From Candidatus Binatia bacterium (GTDB taxonomy: Bacteria; Desulfobacterota; Binatia; Bin18): a stretch of 64,000 nucleotides of DNA. The stretch's first letter is position 1. Each line of letters opens with the position of its first letter. The DNA is taken from contig OY729511.1 in the NCBI GenBank assembly GCA_963422435.1, positions 2,826,105 through 2,890,104 on the forward strand, in the 5' to 3' direction. Of this stretch, positions 51,843 to 64,000 are shown piece after piece. Position numbers and translations under genes: made by a program. Under the pieces are notes generated by a model. The model made no database searches, had not been told where the DNA came from, and saw only the letters and a program-made list of their open reading frames with translations.

Positions 51843-54800
51843 ATGGCTGATATGAATGGAAAGCTAGCGCATAACTTCCGTATTCGACGGTCCTTTGGTC
51901 ATATCGAAAAAATCATCGAATTCCCGCATCTGTTGGACATTCAACGCCACTCCTACGACGAATTTCTGCAACGGTTGCTGACCGCTAACCAGAGGACCGG
52001 CGCCGGACTCCAAGGAGTTTTTCGGTCCGTTTTCCCGATCAAAGACTTCAACGAGACCGCCTCCCTTGAATTTGTGGATTATGCGCTTGGCGAGCCAAAA
52101 TACTCAGTCGAAGAGTGCCACCAGAGAGGGATGACCTATGCCGCTCCCCTCAAAGTCACCATTCAACTCGTCCTGTGGGATGTGGATTCCAGCAGCGGTG
52201 CGCGGACGATCAAAAACGTCAAAGAGCAGGAGGTCTATTTTGGCGAGGTCCCGTTAATGACCAATCATGGCACCTTTATGGTCAACGGGACTGAGCGGGT
52301 GATTGTGAGTCAACTCCACCGGTCTCCCGGAGTCTTTTTTGATCATGACAAGGGGAAAACGCATGCGAGTGGGAAATTACTCTACTCTGCGCGCGTCATT
52401 CCCTACCGCGGATCGTGGATCGACTTTGAGTTTGACCCCAAAGATATTCTCTATGTCCGGATTGACCGCCGCCGTAAGTTTCACGCAACCGTGCTCTTAC
52501 GAGCCTTGGGAATGTCAACCGAGGATCTGCTCAATTATTTCTATCGTAGGGATACTATCTTCCTCAACAGTACGGGCGACCAACAGGTAACCCGGGCTTT
52601 TGTGCCGGGCCATCTCTTCGGGCGGCGGGCAACGCAGGACGTTCGCAACCCTGAAACCGGCGATGTGTTGGTAAAGGAGGGGCGGAAGTTTACCCGCGGG
52701 GCATTGAGACAGTTAGAGGCGGCCGGTCTTGAGCAGATCCCCATCACGCCAGAAGACCTGCTTGGACGTGTGACGGCCCGCGATATCATCGATCCTGCGA
52801 CCCAAGAGGTCCTCGTGCAGTGTAATGAGGAAATCACACCGGAGTATCTCGACCTCCTCATTGAGCGTGGCGTATCCCAGTTTGAAGTCTTGTTCATTGA
52901 CGATGCGCATATAGGCTCTTCGTTCCGCAACACACTCCTCCAAGACAAGATCACTTCTCCAACAGAGGCAAAGATTGAGATATATCGCCGCCTCCGTCCC
53001 GGCGACCCACCGACCAACGAGGCGGCTACGTCGTTTTTTGACAACCTGTTCTTTAACCCCGAACGGTATAATCTCTCCCGAGTGGGGCGTCTGAAGCTCA
53101 ACCATAAGCTCGGACTCACCGCTCCGCTGGATCTCGGCACCCTCCGTCGTGAAGATATCTTGGAGGCCGTTCGATATCTCGTAGAACTCAAAAACGGTAA
53201 TAGCGTTGTGGATGATATTGACCACTTAGGCAATCGTCGCGTCCGCGCAGTCGGCGAGCTCGTCGAAAACCAGTTTCGTATCGGCTTGGTCCGGATGGAG
53301 CGGGCGGTGAAAGAACGGATGAGTCTCCAGGATGTCGAGACCCTCATGCCGCAAGAATTGGTCAATTATAAGCCGGTTTCAGCAGCGCTCAAGGAGTTTT
53401 TCGGGTCGAGTCAGCTCTCCCAGTTCATGGATCAAACGAATCCGCTGTCGGAGGTCACGCATAAGCGACGGCTTTCCGCGCTGGGACCTGGTGGGCTGAC
53501 ACGGGAGCGCGCCGGCTTTGAAGTGCGTGACGTTCACCCCACTCACTATGGTCGCGTCTGTCCGATTGAAACGCCGGAGGGGCCCAATATCGGGCTGATT
53601 TCGAGTCTTTCGACCTATGCTCGGGTCAATGAGTTTGGGTTCATTGAGACGCCCTACCGGACAGTAGAGGGTGGGCAGGTGACTGAGAATGTCCGCTATT
53701 TATCTGCCTTAGATGAAGAGGATAAAACCATCGCGCAGGCGAACGCGCCGGTTGATGCCACAGGCAATTTTGTCAACACCTTGGTTTCCGCCCGACTTGG
53801 AGGAGAGTTCGTGATGGTACCCCCCGATCAGGTTCAGTTGATGGATGTCTCTCCGACGCAGCTGGTGAGTGTGGCCGCCGCCCTGATCCCTTTCTTAGAA
53901 CATGACGATGCCAACCGGGCATTGATGGGGTCCAATATGCAGCGGCAAGCCGTCCCTCTGCTCCGGACGGAAGCTCCGCTTGTTGGCACTGGAATGGAGC
54001 AGGTCGTGGCTCGGGACTCTGGGGCTGCCCGTGTCGCTCAGCGTAACGGAATTGTCGAGAGTGTGGATTCCACTCGGGTTGTAGTCAAAGCTGAATCGCA
54101 GACCACACAGGGAGACGTTGGTGTTGATATCTATAGTCTCACGAAATATCAGCGCTCTAACCAAAATACGTGTATTAACCAGCGCCCTATCGTTCAGATT
54201 GGCGATCGGGTTGAGGTGGGAGATGTCATCGCCGATGGCCCAGCCACAGAAATGGGAGAACTCGCGCTGGGGAGAAATGTCCTGGTCGCCTTTATGATCT
54301 GGGGGGGGTATAACTTTGAGGATTCCATCCTGGTGAGTGAGCGACTCATTCGCGACGACGTCTTTACATCGGTCCATATCGAGGAATTCGAGTGTGTCGC
54401 CCGAGACACAAAACTCGGCCCGGAGGAAATCACTCAAGACATTCCGAATGTTGGGGAAGAAGCGCTCAAGGATCTTGACGAGAGTGGGATTGTCAGGATC
54501 GGTGCTGAAGTGCGGCCGGGTGATATCCTCGTCGGGAAAATCACGCCCAAAGGCGAGACGCAACTTTCTCCAGAAGAGAAACTGCTCCGAGCAATTTTTG
54601 GTGAAAAAGCCGGAGAGGTCCGCGATACCTCCCTTCGTGTTCCCCCTGGGGTCGAAGGGACGGTGATTGATGTCCGGGTGTTCTCACGCAAAGGCGAAAC
54701 CAAGGGCGAGCGCAGCCAGTATCTCGAAGAAGCTGAGATCCAACGGCTGCAACAAGACCGAGACGAGGAGAGCGGCATTATCCGAGACAGTACGCGTGGC

Positions 54801-55973
54801 AAGATCACGCACCTGTTGGTTGGGAAGACGGCAACGATGCGGGTCAGTGACGATGAGTCCCGACGCGTCGTGATCGCCAAAGGGCAGGAGATCACGGAAG
54901 AGCTTTTGGAGACGCTGCCAGAGCATTCATGGCGCAGGGTCCGAGTAGGGGATGAGGCGGTAGAGGAAGAGATACGGAAGACAGTAGATTCTCTTGCCAA
55001 CCATATTGGTGCTATCCGTGAGGAATGCGACAGAAAGATCGAGCGCCTGAAGAGTGGAGACGAGTTGCCCCCGGGGATTATCAAGATGGTGAAGGTCTTT
55101 ATCGCCATAAAACGCCGACTCCAAGTCGGTGACAAGATGGCCGGGCGCCACGGGAACAAAGGTGTGCTGTCCCGGATTCTCCCGGAAGAGGACATGCCAT
55201 ATCTTGAGGATGGGACTCCGGTCGATGTCGTTCTGAACCCCTTGGGCGTACCTTCTCGTATGAATGTCGGCCAAATCCTGGAAACCCATCTCGGTTGGGC
55301 GGTACAGTCCCTTGGTAAACAGGTTGGGAATGATGCGGAGAAAAAGGGGAAATCTGCGGCCGACAGCCTTCGTACTCGGCTTAAGGACCTCGCGCGTTCA
55401 ACAGAAGATGCTCGGCTTATTGATGGACTCTCGGAGGACGAGGTCAAGGAGGTGGCCAGGCGCTCGAAACACGGCTCTCACGTGGCGACTCCGGTCTTTG
55501 ACGGCGCCCCGGAAACAGCAATTTTCTCTTTGCTTGAGCAGGCCGGCCTGCCCGATACCGGGCAGACAACGCTCTACGATGGGCGAACAGGGGAACCATT
55601 CAGCCAGCCAGTGACCGTTGGGGTGATGTATATCCTGAAACTGCATCACCTTGTTGAAGACAAGATTCACGCGCGCTCAACCGGGCCCTACTCTCTTGTG
55701 ACGCAACAGCCTCTTGGTGGTAAAGCGCAGTTTGGGGGACAACGGCTCGGGGAAATGGAAGTGTGGGCGCTGGAAGCCTATGGTGCCGCGTACAGCCTGC
55801 AAGAGATGCTCACGGTCAAATCGGACGATGTTGCTGGCCGAACTCGGATGTATGAAACGATTGTCAAAGGTGAAAATGTCCTGGAACCTGGTCTGCCTGA
55901 GTCGTTCAATGTGATGATTCGCGAGCTCCAGAGCCTGGCGCTCAACGTCGAGCTGCTGGAAGAAAATCAATAA
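51843..55973 (+). CDS. rpoB: DNA-directed RNA polymerase subunit beta
   Basis: 1376 aa with conserved beta motifs ([47 protein letters not shown]). Confidence 0.95.
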   Translation: MADMNGKLAHNFRIRRSFGHIEKIIEFPHLLDIQRHSYDEFLQRLLTANQRTGAGLQGVFRSVFPIKDFNETASLEFVDYALGEPKYSVEECHQRGMTYAAPLKVTIQLVLWDVDSSSGARTIKNVKEQEVYFGEVPLMTNHGTFMVNGTERVIVSQLHRSPGVFFDHDKGKTHASGKLLYSARVIPYRGSWIDFEFDPKDILYVRIDRRRKFHATVLLRALGMSTEDLLNYFYRRDTIFLNSTGDQQVTRAFVPGHLFGRRATQDVRNPETGDVLVKEGRKFTRGALRQLEAAGLEQIPITPEDLLGRVTARDIIDPATQEVLVQCNEEITPEYLDLLIERGVSQFEVLFIDDAHIGSSFRNTLLQDKITSPTEAKIEIYRRLRPGDPPTNEAATSFFDNLFFNPERYNLSRVGRLKLNHKLGLTAPLDLGTLRREDILEAVRYLVELKNGNSVVDDIDHLGNRRVRAVGELVENQFRIGLVRMERAVKERMSLQDVETLMPQELVNYKPVSAALKEFFGSSQLSQFMDQTNPLSEVTHKRRLSALGPGGLTRERAGFEVRDVHPTHYGRVCPIETPEGPNIGLISSLSTYARVNEFGFIETPYRTVEGGQVTENVRYLSALDEEDKTIAQANAPVDATGNFVNTLVSARLGGEFVMVPPDQVQLMDVSPTQLVSVAAALIPFLEHDDANRALMGSNMQRQAVPLLRTEAPLVGTGMEQVVARDSGAARVAQRNGIVESVDSTRVVVKAESQTTQGDVGVDIYSLTKYQRSNQNTCINQRPIVQIGDRVEVGDVIADGPATEMGELALGRNVLVAFMIWGGYNFEDSILVSERLIRDDVFTSVHIEEFECVARDTKLGPEEITQDIPNVGEEALKDLDESGIVRIGAEVRPGDILVGKITPKGETQLSPEEKLLRAIFGEKAGEVRDTSLRVPPGVEGTVIDVRVFSRKGETKGERSQYLEEAEIQRLQQDRDEESGIIRDSTRGKITHLLVGKTATMRVSDDESRRVVIAKGQEITEELLETLPEHSWRRVRVGDEAVEEEIRKTVDSLANHIGAIREECDRKIERLKSGDELPPGIIKMVKVFIAIKRRLQVGDKMAGRHGNKGVLSRILPEEDMPYLEDGTPVDVVLNPLGVPSRMNVGQILETHLGWAVQSLGKQVGNDAEKKGKSAADSLRTRLKDLARSTEDARLIDGLSEDEVKEVARRSKHGSHVATPVFDGAPETAIFSLLEQAGLPDTGQTTLYDGRTGEPFSQPVTVGVMYILKLHHLVEDKIHARSTGPYSLVTQQPLGGKAQFGGQRLGEMEVWALEAYGAAYSLQEMLTVKSDDVAGRTRMYETIVKGENVLEPGLPESFNVMIRELQSLALNVELLEENQ

Positions 55974-55985
55974 GGTGAGGACGAA

Positions 55986-58900
55986 ATGGAAGATTTCCCA
56001 GGTCTTTTTGAAAAACCCCAAAATCCGCTCCGTTTTAATGCGATCCAGGTTTCGTTGGCGTCCAAAGAGATGGTCTGCTCTTGGTCCCATGGCGAAGTCA
56101 AGAAGCCTGAAACCATCAATTATCGCACGTTTAAGCCCGAGCGTGACGGACTTTTTTGTGCAAAGATATTTGGACCGACCAAAGACTATGAGTGTAATTG
56201 TGGCAAATACAAACGGATGCGTCATCGAGGCGTTGTCTGCGAGAAGTGCGGGGTCGAGGTCATTCAGTCGAAAGTCCGTCGCGAACGCATGGGCCATATT
56301 GACCTTGCCAGCCCAGTGGCACACATCTGGTTTTTGAAGAGTCTCCCCAGCCGGATCGGGACCCTCATGGATATGACGCTCAAAGAACTTGAGCGGGTGC
56401 TGTACTTCGAGTCCTATATCGTGCTTGATCCGGGCGAAACGCCACTCAAGCAAAAAGGCCTGCTGAGTGAGCCCCAGCATCGGAAAGCCGTAGAGGAATT
56501 TGGTCCGGGCAGCTTCCGAGCAGGGATGGGTGCGGAGGCGGTTCGTGAGTTGATGCAAGATTTTGACATGGAGGAGTTGGCTCGCGGACTACGGAAAGAA
56601 ATGAACGTTTCCTCGGGTTCGGTCTGCGGCAAATGCGATTATAGATATAATGGGCCTGAAACAAAATGCCCGGAATGCGGTGAAAGTCGCAAGCGGTCTG
56701 AAGCGCGTGTCAAGAAAACCGCGAAACGTTTGAAGGTCGTCAACGCCTTTCGGCAGTCAGGCAACCATCCGGAAGAGATGATTCTGGAAGTCATCCCCGT
56801 CATTCCACCGGACCTGCGCCCCCTCGTTCCGCTCGATGGGGGACGCTTTGCGACCTCAGATCTGAATGACCTGTATCGTCGTGTGATTAATCGCAACAAC
56901 CGCCTCAAGCGACTCGTGGAGCTGAGCGCACCGGATATCATTATTCGAAATGAGAAGCGCATGTTGCAAGAGGCGGTCGATGCTCTCTTTGATAACGGTC
57001 GTCGGAGCCGCCCCCTGACTGGCCCAAACAAGCGTCCTCTCAAGTCTCTGTCCGACATGCTGAAAGGCAAAAGCGGACGGTTTCGCCAGAACCTGCTCGG
57101 AAAGCGGGTCGATTATTCGGGCCGTTCGGTTATTGTGGTCGGACCGGAATTACGCCTGCATCAGTGCGGCCTGCCGAAGTATATGGCTTTGGAATTGTTC
57201 AAACCGTTCATCTACAACAAGCTTGAGGAACGGGGTCTCACCACCACGATCAAGAGTGCCAAGAAGATGGTGGAGAAGGAACGGCCAGAAGTCTGGGACA
57301 TCCTGGACGAGGTGATCAAGGAGCATCCGATTCTGCTCAACCGCGCCCCAACCCTGCATCGCCTCGGCATCCAGGCATTCGAACCCATCCTGATTGAAGG
57401 CAAGGCCATTCAACTGCACCCCCTCGTCTGTATGGCTTATAATGCCGACTTTGACGGCGACCAAATGGCGGTGCATGTCCCGCTGTCGGTCGAGGCCCAG
57501 GTTGAGGCCCGCAGCCTGATGATGTCAACCAATAATATTCTCTCACCTGCTCACGGCAAGGCGGTCATCGCCCCCACCCAGGACGTCGTCCTGGGACTGT
57601 ATAACGCGACCCGTGAGCGCGCCAGTGCGCTCGGTGAGGGGAAAGTTTTCAGTAGTCCAGGCGAGGTCCGGGTCGCCTACGACCAAGGCGCGGTTGACTT
57701 GCAGGCCAAGATCACTGTGCGCTTGGATGGTGACCGGGTCGAGACAACGGTTGGACGGATATTGCTGGCGGAAATTGTACCGCCGGAGATTCCTTTCTCG
57801 GACATCAACCGGGTGATGAAGAAAAAAGAACTCGGTGCCTTGATTGATGCGGCCTTTTTAAAAGCCGGCAACAAGGCCACCGTAATTTTTGCCGACCGTT
57901 TGAAAGACCTGGGCTTCGAGTATGCTACTCGGGCGGGTATCTCTATTGGCATTCAAGACATGAAGATCCCTGATACCAAAGAGAAGCTGCTTTCTAATGC
58001 GCAGGAGGAAATACAAAAAATCCAAGAGCAGTATACCAATGGGCTGATCACGGATGGCGAGCGTCAGAATAAGGTTGTTGATACCTGGGCCTCGGTCACC
58101 GATGAAGCGGCCGCCGATATGCTCAGAGGGCTCCAGGAAGACAAAGACGGATTTAGTCCCATCTATATGATGGCGGACTCTGGGGCGCGTGGCAGTGCGC
58201 AGCAGATCCGCCAGCTCGCGGGTATGCGCGGCTTAATGGCAAAGCCCACGGGAGAAATCATTGAAACGCCGATCACGGCCAACTTCCGTGAAGGACTCTC
58301 CGTGCTCCAGTACTTCATCTCGACGCACGGGGCGCGGAAGGGCTTAGCTGACACTGCTCTTAAAACAGCGAATTCTGGCTATCTGACCCGACGGCTTGTT
58401 GATGCCGCTCAGGACTCGGTCGTGAGCGAACAGGACTGCGGTACGATTGATGGTATCGAGATGGCCCCGCTGGTTGAGGGTGGGGAAATAATAGAGCGCC
58501 TTGGCGAGCGTGTCTTGGGGCGCGTTGCCCTTGAGGATATTCGTGACCCTCTTACCCAAGAAGTCCTTGTGCACGCAAACGAAGAAATTGACGAAGACCG
58601 CGTCGTCCGCATCGAAGAAGCCGGGATCGAGCGTGTCTCGATACGCTCTGCTCTGACCTGTGCGACCAAACGCGGCCTCTGTGCGCGCTGTTATGGACGT
58701 GACTTGGCCCGCGGCCGGCTGGTGCATCTTGGCGAGGCGGTCGGCATCATTGCTGCGCAGTCGATTGGTGAGCCAGGCACCCAACTGACCATGCGGACCT
58801 TCCACATTGGTGGGACGGCCAGTCGGCTGGCCGAGCAGACGACGCTGACGGTTCGGTATGAGGGCGTCCTCCGCTACATCAATCTCAAGACCGTGGTCGA

Positions 58901-60164
58901 CCGGGACGGGGCTCTGGTTGTGATGAACCGAAACGGAGAGGTCGCAGTAGTTGAGATGCTTGAGTCAGGACGGGAGCGTGAAAGGGAACGTTATTCTATA
59001 GTCTATGGGGCAAAGCTGAAAAAGAAAGATGGAGCAAAGGTCAAAACCAACGATTTAATCGCGGAATGGGATCCCTACACCGTCCCCATCCTGACTGAAG
59101 TCAGCGGTGAGGTAAGACTCGGTGATATCAACGATATGACTATGCAAGAGAAAGTGGATGAGCAGACGAACCTGTCCACACGGGTCATTATCGAATTCCG
59201 CGACCCGAATATGCGGCCGCGGATATCAATCAAAGATGACAGCGGTAAAACGGCGAAGCTGTCGAATGGATTGGATGCGCGCTATCTGTTGCCTGTTGGC
59301 TCCAATATGCATGTGGATACGGGTCAACGGGTTGAAGCCGGGGAGGTGCTCGCCAAAATTCCACGAGAGACCGCTAAGTCGAAGGATATTACCGGTGGCC
59401 TCTCTCGGGTAGTTGAACTCTTTGAGGCCCGCAAGCCCAAAGAGTTCGCCGTTATCAGCGAGATTGAAGGGACGGTCTCTTTTGGGAAAGATACCAAAGG
59501 GAAAAGGAAGGTGGTGATTACCCCTGAGGTTGGCGAAACAGGAGAGTATCTCATTCCTCGGGGAAAATACATCAGAGTGCGAGAGGGCGATTATGTCCGA
59601 TCGGGAGACCCGCTGATGGATGGCTCTGAAAACCCCCATGATATCCTTCGTGTTCGCGGAGATCGTGATCTCCAAAAGAGGATCGTGGACGCTATCCAGG
59701 AAGTCTATCGTCTTCAGGGAGTGCGCATCCATGATAAACACATCGAGGTGATCGTAAGACAAATGATGCGGCGCGTGCTCGTGAACAAGGTTGGCGATTC
59801 TGATTTCTTGGTTGGCGAGCAAGTAGAAAAATGGCGCTTCCAAGAAGAGGTTGAACGGGTGCTGGCTGATGGAGGCATCCCCCCGGAAGCGGAATCGCTC
59901 CTGATGGGAATTACAAAAGCGAGTCTCTCGACCGATAGTTTCATCTCAGCCGCCTCGTTCCAAGAAACCACTAAGGTGCTGACGGAAGCAGCCATTAATG
60001 GCAAAGTCGATCACTTGCTGGGACTCAAAGAGAATGTCATCATGGGGCGGCTTATTCCTGCCGGGACAGGCACCCCGAGTTATACGCAGCTCACCGCCGG
60101 AAGCCCAGAAGTTTCGCCCGAGGAAGAAGAACCTTTGCCCATTGCCCAAATACTCGAAGCATAG
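55986..60164 (+). CDS. rpoC: DNA-directed RNA polymerase subunit beta-prime
   Basis: 1392 aa. N-terminal Zn site [27 protein letters not shown] catalytic motif, [32 protein letters not shown]. Carries an additional CxxC-x11-CxxC insertion at aa 214-232. Confidence 0.95.
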   Translation: MEDFPGLFEKPQNPLRFNAIQVSLASKEMVCSWSHGEVKKPETINYRTFKPERDGLFCAKIFGPTKDYECNCGKYKRMRHRGVVCEKCGVEVIQSKVRRERMGHIDLASPVAHIWFLKSLPSRIGTLMDMTLKELERVLYFESYIVLDPGETPLKQKGLLSEPQHRKAVEEFGPGSFRAGMGAEAVRELMQDFDMEELARGLRKEMNVSSGSVCGKCDYRYNGPETKCPECGESRKRSEARVKKTAKRLKVVNAFRQSGNHPEEMILEVIPVIPPDLRPLVPLDGGRFATSDLNDLYRRVINRNNRLKRLVELSAPDIIIRNEKRMLQEAVDALFDNGRRSRPLTGPNKRPLKSLSDMLKGKSGRFRQNLLGKRVDYSGRSVIVVGPELRLHQCGLPKYMALELFKPFIYNKLEERGLTTTIKSAKKMVEKERPEVWDILDEVIKEHPILLNRAPTLHRLGIQAFEPILIEGKAIQLHPLVCMAYNADFDGDQMAVHVPLSVEAQVEARSLMMSTNNILSPAHGKAVIAPTQDVVLGLYNATRERASALGEGKVFSSPGEVRVAYDQGAVDLQAKITVRLDGDRVETTVGRILLAEIVPPEIPFSDINRVMKKKELGALIDAAFLKAGNKATVIFADRLKDLGFEYATRAGISIGIQDMKIPDTKEKLLSNAQEEIQKIQEQYTNGLITDGERQNKVVDTWASVTDEAAADMLRGLQEDKDGFSPIYMMADSGARGSAQQIRQLAGMRGLMAKPTGEIIETPITANFREGLSVLQYFISTHGARKGLADTALKTANSGYLTRRLVDAAQDSVVSEQDCGTIDGIEMAPLVEGGEIIERLGERVLGRVALEDIRDPLTQEVLVHANEEIDEDRVVRIEEAGIERVSIRSALTCATKRGLCARCYGRDLARGRLVHLGEAVGIIAAQSIGEPGTQLTMRTFHIGGTASRLAEQTTLTVRYEGVLRYINLKTVVDRDGALVVMNRNGEVAVVEMLESGRERERERYSIVYGAKLKKKDGAKVKTNDLIAEWDPYTVPILTEVSGEVRLGDINDMTMQEKVDEQTNLSTRVIIEFRDPNMRPRISIKDDSGKTAKLSNGLDARYLLPVGSNMHVDTGQRVEAGEVLAKIPRETAKSKDITGGLSRVVELFEARKPKEFAVISEIEGTVSFGKDTKGKRKVVITPEVGETGEYLIPRGKYIRVREGDYVRSGDPLMDGSENPHDILRVRGDRDLQKRIVDAIQEVYRLQGVRIHDKHIEVIVRQMMRRVLVNKVGDSDFLVGEQVEKWRFQEEVERVLADGGIPPEAESLLMGITKASLSTDSFISAASFQETTKVLTEAAINGKVDHLLGLKENVIMGRLIPAGTGTPSYTQLTAGSPEVSPEEEEPLPIAQILEA

Positions 60165-60217
60165 AAAGAGGGAACGTGTCCAGCAGCAGCATGTGTTGGA
60201 GGACATGTTCCCTCTTT
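60165..60217 (+). terminator. Candidate intrinsic terminator/attenuator hairpin after rpoC
   Basis: 17-bp stem with one mismatch (AAAGAGGGAACgTGTCC...GGACAtGTTCCCTCTTT) immediately after the rpoC stop. The distal arm ends in TCTTT. Confidence 0.5.
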
Positions 60218-60251
60218 GAGAACGGCAGGTTGAGGCTCGCAAGGAGGATGA

Positions 60252-60623
60252 ATGCCTACAGTCCAGCAACTCGTACGAAAAGGAAGGGCGCAACAACGCA
60301 GAAAATTGACCGCCCCAGCTCTACAATCCTGCCCCCAACGGCGGGGGGTGTGCACTCGGGTCTATACGACGACTCCGAAAAAGCCGAACTCAGCTTTGAG
60401 AAAAGTCGCCCGCGTGCGCCTGACCAATGGTATTGAGGTGACAGCGTATATCCCTGGGATCGGACATAATCTGCAGGAACATTCGGTTGTGCTTATCCGT
60501 GGCGGTCGAGTCAAGGACTTGCCCGGCGTCCGATATCATATTATCCGTGGCACACTTGACTCCATCGGTGTCCAGGAACGAAAACAGGGCCGATCAAAAT
60601 ACGGTGCAAAGAAGCCTAAGTAA
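60252..60623 (+). CDS. rpsL: 30S ribosomal protein S12
   Basis: [12 protein letters not shown]...[19 protein letters not shown]. Confidence 0.95.
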   Translation: MPTVQQLVRKGRAQQRRKLTAPALQSCPQRRGVCTRVYTTTPKKPNSALRKVARVRLTNGIEVTAYIPGIGHNLQEHSVVLIRGGRVKDLPGVRYHIIRGTLDSIGVQERKQGRSKYGAKKPK

Positions 60624-60638
60624 ACAAGAGGGAAGAGC

Positions 60639-61109
60639 ATGCCACGTAAGGGACCTGCCGCGCGACGCGATATCCTACCAGACCCGAAATACCACGATAT
60701 GAGTGTCTCAAAATTCGCCAATATGATGATGCTCGATGGCGAAAAGGGAAAAGTTGAGAAGATCATATACGGTGCCATGGACCTGATCCAGCAGAGAACG
60801 GGAGAGAACGCGCTCGAGGTTTTTAAGCGTGCATTAGAAAATGTAAGACCTCTTGTTGAGGTTCGATCCCGCCGAGTTGGTGGCGCGACTTACCAGGTGC
60901 CGGTTGAAGTACGTCAAGTCCGGCGGAATTCTCTGGCCATGCGCTGGCTTGTCCAATACTCCAGGCAACGCTCGGAAAAGAGCATGGAAGAGAAGCTGGC
61001 TGGCGAACTTTTTGAGGCGTCTCAGAATCGAGGGGGTGCCGTGAAGAAACGTGAAGATACGCACCGCATGGCGGAAGCGAATAAAGCATTTGCCCATTAT
61101 CGCTGGTAA
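60639..61109 (+). CDS. rpsG: 30S ribosomal protein S7
   Basis: [20 protein letters not shown]...NKAFAHYRW. Confidence 0.95.
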   Translation: MPRKGPAARRDILPDPKYHDMSVSKFANMMMLDGEKGKVEKIIYGAMDLIQQRTGENALEVFKRALENVRPLVEVRSRRVGGATYQVPVEVRQVRRNSLAMRWLVQYSRQRSEKSMEEKLAGELFEASQNRGGAVKKREDTHRMAEANKAFAHYRW

Positions 61110-61210
61110 TAGAGATACATAGTAGTCATCGGTGGTGTCTCGTATGACCTGAAGAAAAGACGAGGGCAGAGAAGAGAGGAATGGGTCTCAATATCCACTA
61201 CCGTAGGCGG

Positions 61211-61238
61211 TTGACTCTTCTGAAATAGCATCTAGAAT
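61211..61238 (+). promoter_or_regulatory. Candidate sigma70-type promoter for tuf copy 2 (TTGACT-16-TAGAAT)
   Basis: TTGACT at 61211 and TAGAAT at 61233 with a 16-nt spacer, about 140 nt upstream of the tuf ATG. Confidence 0.3.
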
Positions 61239-61352
61239 TGCAAACCTCAGAATAACGGAGCGGACCAGAACCTGGCCCGCTCCTCCGAAGACGAGATCCA
61301 ACGATGGAGGTGGTCGTACAGGCCCCCTCCGTTCGTAGTGAATATCTTTATT

Positions 61353-62561
<1,209 letters not shown>

Positions 62562-62567
62562 GGCCCT

Positions 62568-62888
62568 ATGACCACTATCACGAATGAAAAGATCCGTATC
62601 CGCCTCAAAGCCTACGACCACCGGGTACTCGATCAATCGGTCAGAGAGATTGTCGAAACAGTTAGGCGGACCGGGGGGCGGGTTGCTGGTCCTATCCCAC
62701 TTCCGACGCGGATCGAACGGTTTACGGTGAACCGCTCGCCCCATGTTGACAAAAAGTCACGGGAGCAGTTCGAGATACGAACCCACAAACGTTTGCTCGA
62801 TATCCTTGACCCAACTCAGCAAACCATTGATGCGCTTGGCAAACTGGAACTGGCCGCTGGAGTCGATGTCGAAATCAAGCTGGAGTAG
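62568..62888 (+). CDS. rpsJ: 30S ribosomal protein S10
   Basis: [16 protein letters not shown]...[39 protein letters not shown]. Confidence 0.95.
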   Translation: MTTITNEKIRIRLKAYDHRVLDQSVREIVETVRRTGGRVAGPIPLPTRIERFTVNRSPHVDKKSREQFEIRTHKRLLDILDPTQQTIDALGKLELAAGVDVEIKLE

Positions 62889-62902
62889 CGGGAGAGGAGA
62901 CG

Positions 62903-63526
62903 ATGCACGGGTTAATAGGAAAGAAGCTTGGTATGACTCAGGTCTTTTCCGCTGAGGGGGATCTTGTCCCGGTCACGGTCATACAGACTGGACCCTGTAC
63001 CGTTGTGCAAAAGAAGACTCAGCAAAGAGACGGGTATACTGCGCTCCAACTGGGATTTGGCAGTCAAAAGCCACACCGTGTTTCTCGGCCTGTTTTCGGA
63101 CATACGCAGAAGTCTGGTGCCGGTCCCTTCGCCGTCCTCCGCGAGTTTCGGGTCGATGACACCGATGGCTACGAGGTCGGTGGTGAAATCACAGTCAGAC
63201 AGGTCTTCCAGGCTGGAGATCGGGTTAATGTTGTCGGTCGGACAAAAGGGCGGGGCTATGCCGGAGTGATGAAGCGACACGGCATGGGCGGGTTCCCAAA
63301 GAGTCATGGAACGCATGAGTACTTTCGCCATGGTGGGGCTATCGGAAACCGCTCCTACCCTGGAAAAATTTTCAAAGGGAAGAGAATGGCAGGCCATTAC
63401 GGGAATGAGCGGATGAAGGCGTTAAACCTGCAGGTCGTTGACGTCCAGCCAGATGAAAACATCCTCCTCCTGCGTGGGTCTATACCGGGTGCAAGAGGGC
63501 AGATTGTCCTCGTCCACAAGCCATAG
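62903..63526 (+). CDS. rplC: 50S ribosomal protein L3
   Basis: GLIGKKLGMTQVF...VTVIQTGPCTVVQ. Confidence 0.95.
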   Translation: MHGLIGKKLGMTQVFSAEGDLVPVTVIQTGPCTVVQKKTQQRDGYTALQLGFGSQKPHRVSRPVFGHTQKSGAGPFAVLREFRVDDTDGYEVGGEITVRQVFQAGDRVNVVGRTKGRGYAGVMKRHGMGGFPKSHGTHEYFRHGGAIGNRSYPGKIFKGKRMAGHYGNERMKALNLQVVDVQPDENILLLRGSIPGARGQIVLVHKP

Positions 63527-63540
63527 AGCAAGGATAATCA

Positions 63541-64000
63541 ATGGCCACCCAAGAAACGTCTATTAGCGTGCTCTCTGCTCAACGTGAGAAGGTTGGAGAG
63601 ATTCCTCTTCCCGCTGCAATCTCCGAGCAGCCGCGACGGGAGCACCTCTTGTTCGAAGCAGTGAGAATGCAGTTGGCCAATCGTCGCTCTGGGACGGCAG
63701 CGACAAAGACGCGGGCACAGGTGCGTGGTGGAGGAAGAAAACCGTGGCGACAGAAAGGGACGGGACGGGCACGGGCAGGAAGCAACCGGTCTCCGGTATG
63801 GGTCGGTGGAGCAACGGTGTTTGGTCCCCAGCCGCGTTCGTATGCGTACCGTCTGCCACGGTCAGCCCGGAAGACTGCCCTGCGAGCCGCACTCGCGCAG
63901 AAGCTGCGCCAGGACGAGGTGGTGGTCATCGACGTCATTCAGTTTGACGCGCCAAAAACAAAGCAGATGGTCACCCTGCTTGCGCAACTTGAGATGGGCG
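63541..64000 (+). CDS. rplD: 50S ribosomal protein L4 (3'-truncated by the window edge)
   Basis: Frame without a stop before the window end; translation includes RGGGRKPWRQKGTGRARAGS...GGATVFGPQPRSY, diagnostic of L4. Confidence 0.85.
   Translation, partial: MATQETSISVLSAQREKVGEIPLPAAISEQPRREHLLFEAVRMQLANRRSGTAATKTRAQVRGGGRKPWRQKGTGRARAGSNRSPVWVGGATVFGPQPRSYAYRLPRSARKTALRAALAQKLRQDEVVVIDVIQFDAPKTKQMVTLLAQLEMG

Overview
Densely coding, high-GC bacterial chromosomal window containing housekeeping genes on both strands. No transposases, integrases, CRISPR arrays or rRNA genes were seen. Gene order, start to end: tatA; a zinc-ribbon/DUF3426-like membrane protein; plsC; rnj; ftsK; lolA; a thiolase-like/DUF35 pair; yebC-ruvC-ruvA-ruvB; an NtrY-like sensor kinase followed by an unusual receiver(REC)-LpxC fusion; asnS; an M48/TPR peptidase; an Fe-S maturation cluster (two Mrp/ApbC/Ind1-like ATPases flanking DUF971, a 2Fe-2S ferredoxin, an FNR-like reductase, iscU); an extra nuoB; an Rrf2 regulator; an 11-gene nuoA-B-C-D-H-I-J-K-L-M-N operon with no nuoEFG; five tRNAs; tig-clpX-lon with no clpP between; two tRNAs; rplM-rpsI; lptG-lptF on the minus strand; an rlmB-like methyltransferase; tRNA Thr-Tyr-Gly-Thr followed by tuf; rpmG; tRNA-Trp; secE-nusG-rplKAJL-rpoB-rpoC; rpsL-rpsG; a second, nucleotide-identical tuf copy where fusA would normally sit; rpsJ-rplC-rplD (truncated at the window end). 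The most notable candidates are the NtrY-like kinase paired with a REC-LpxC fusion (possible phospho-regulation of the committed lipid A step), a Cys4 zinc-ribbon insertion in rpoC, the 1207-bp perfect tuf repeat with fusA absent from the str locus, and the Fe-S carrier/ferredoxin/FNR module immediately upstream of a nuoEFG-less complex I operon. Every functional call rests on recognisable motifs in the provided translations; no database searches were run.
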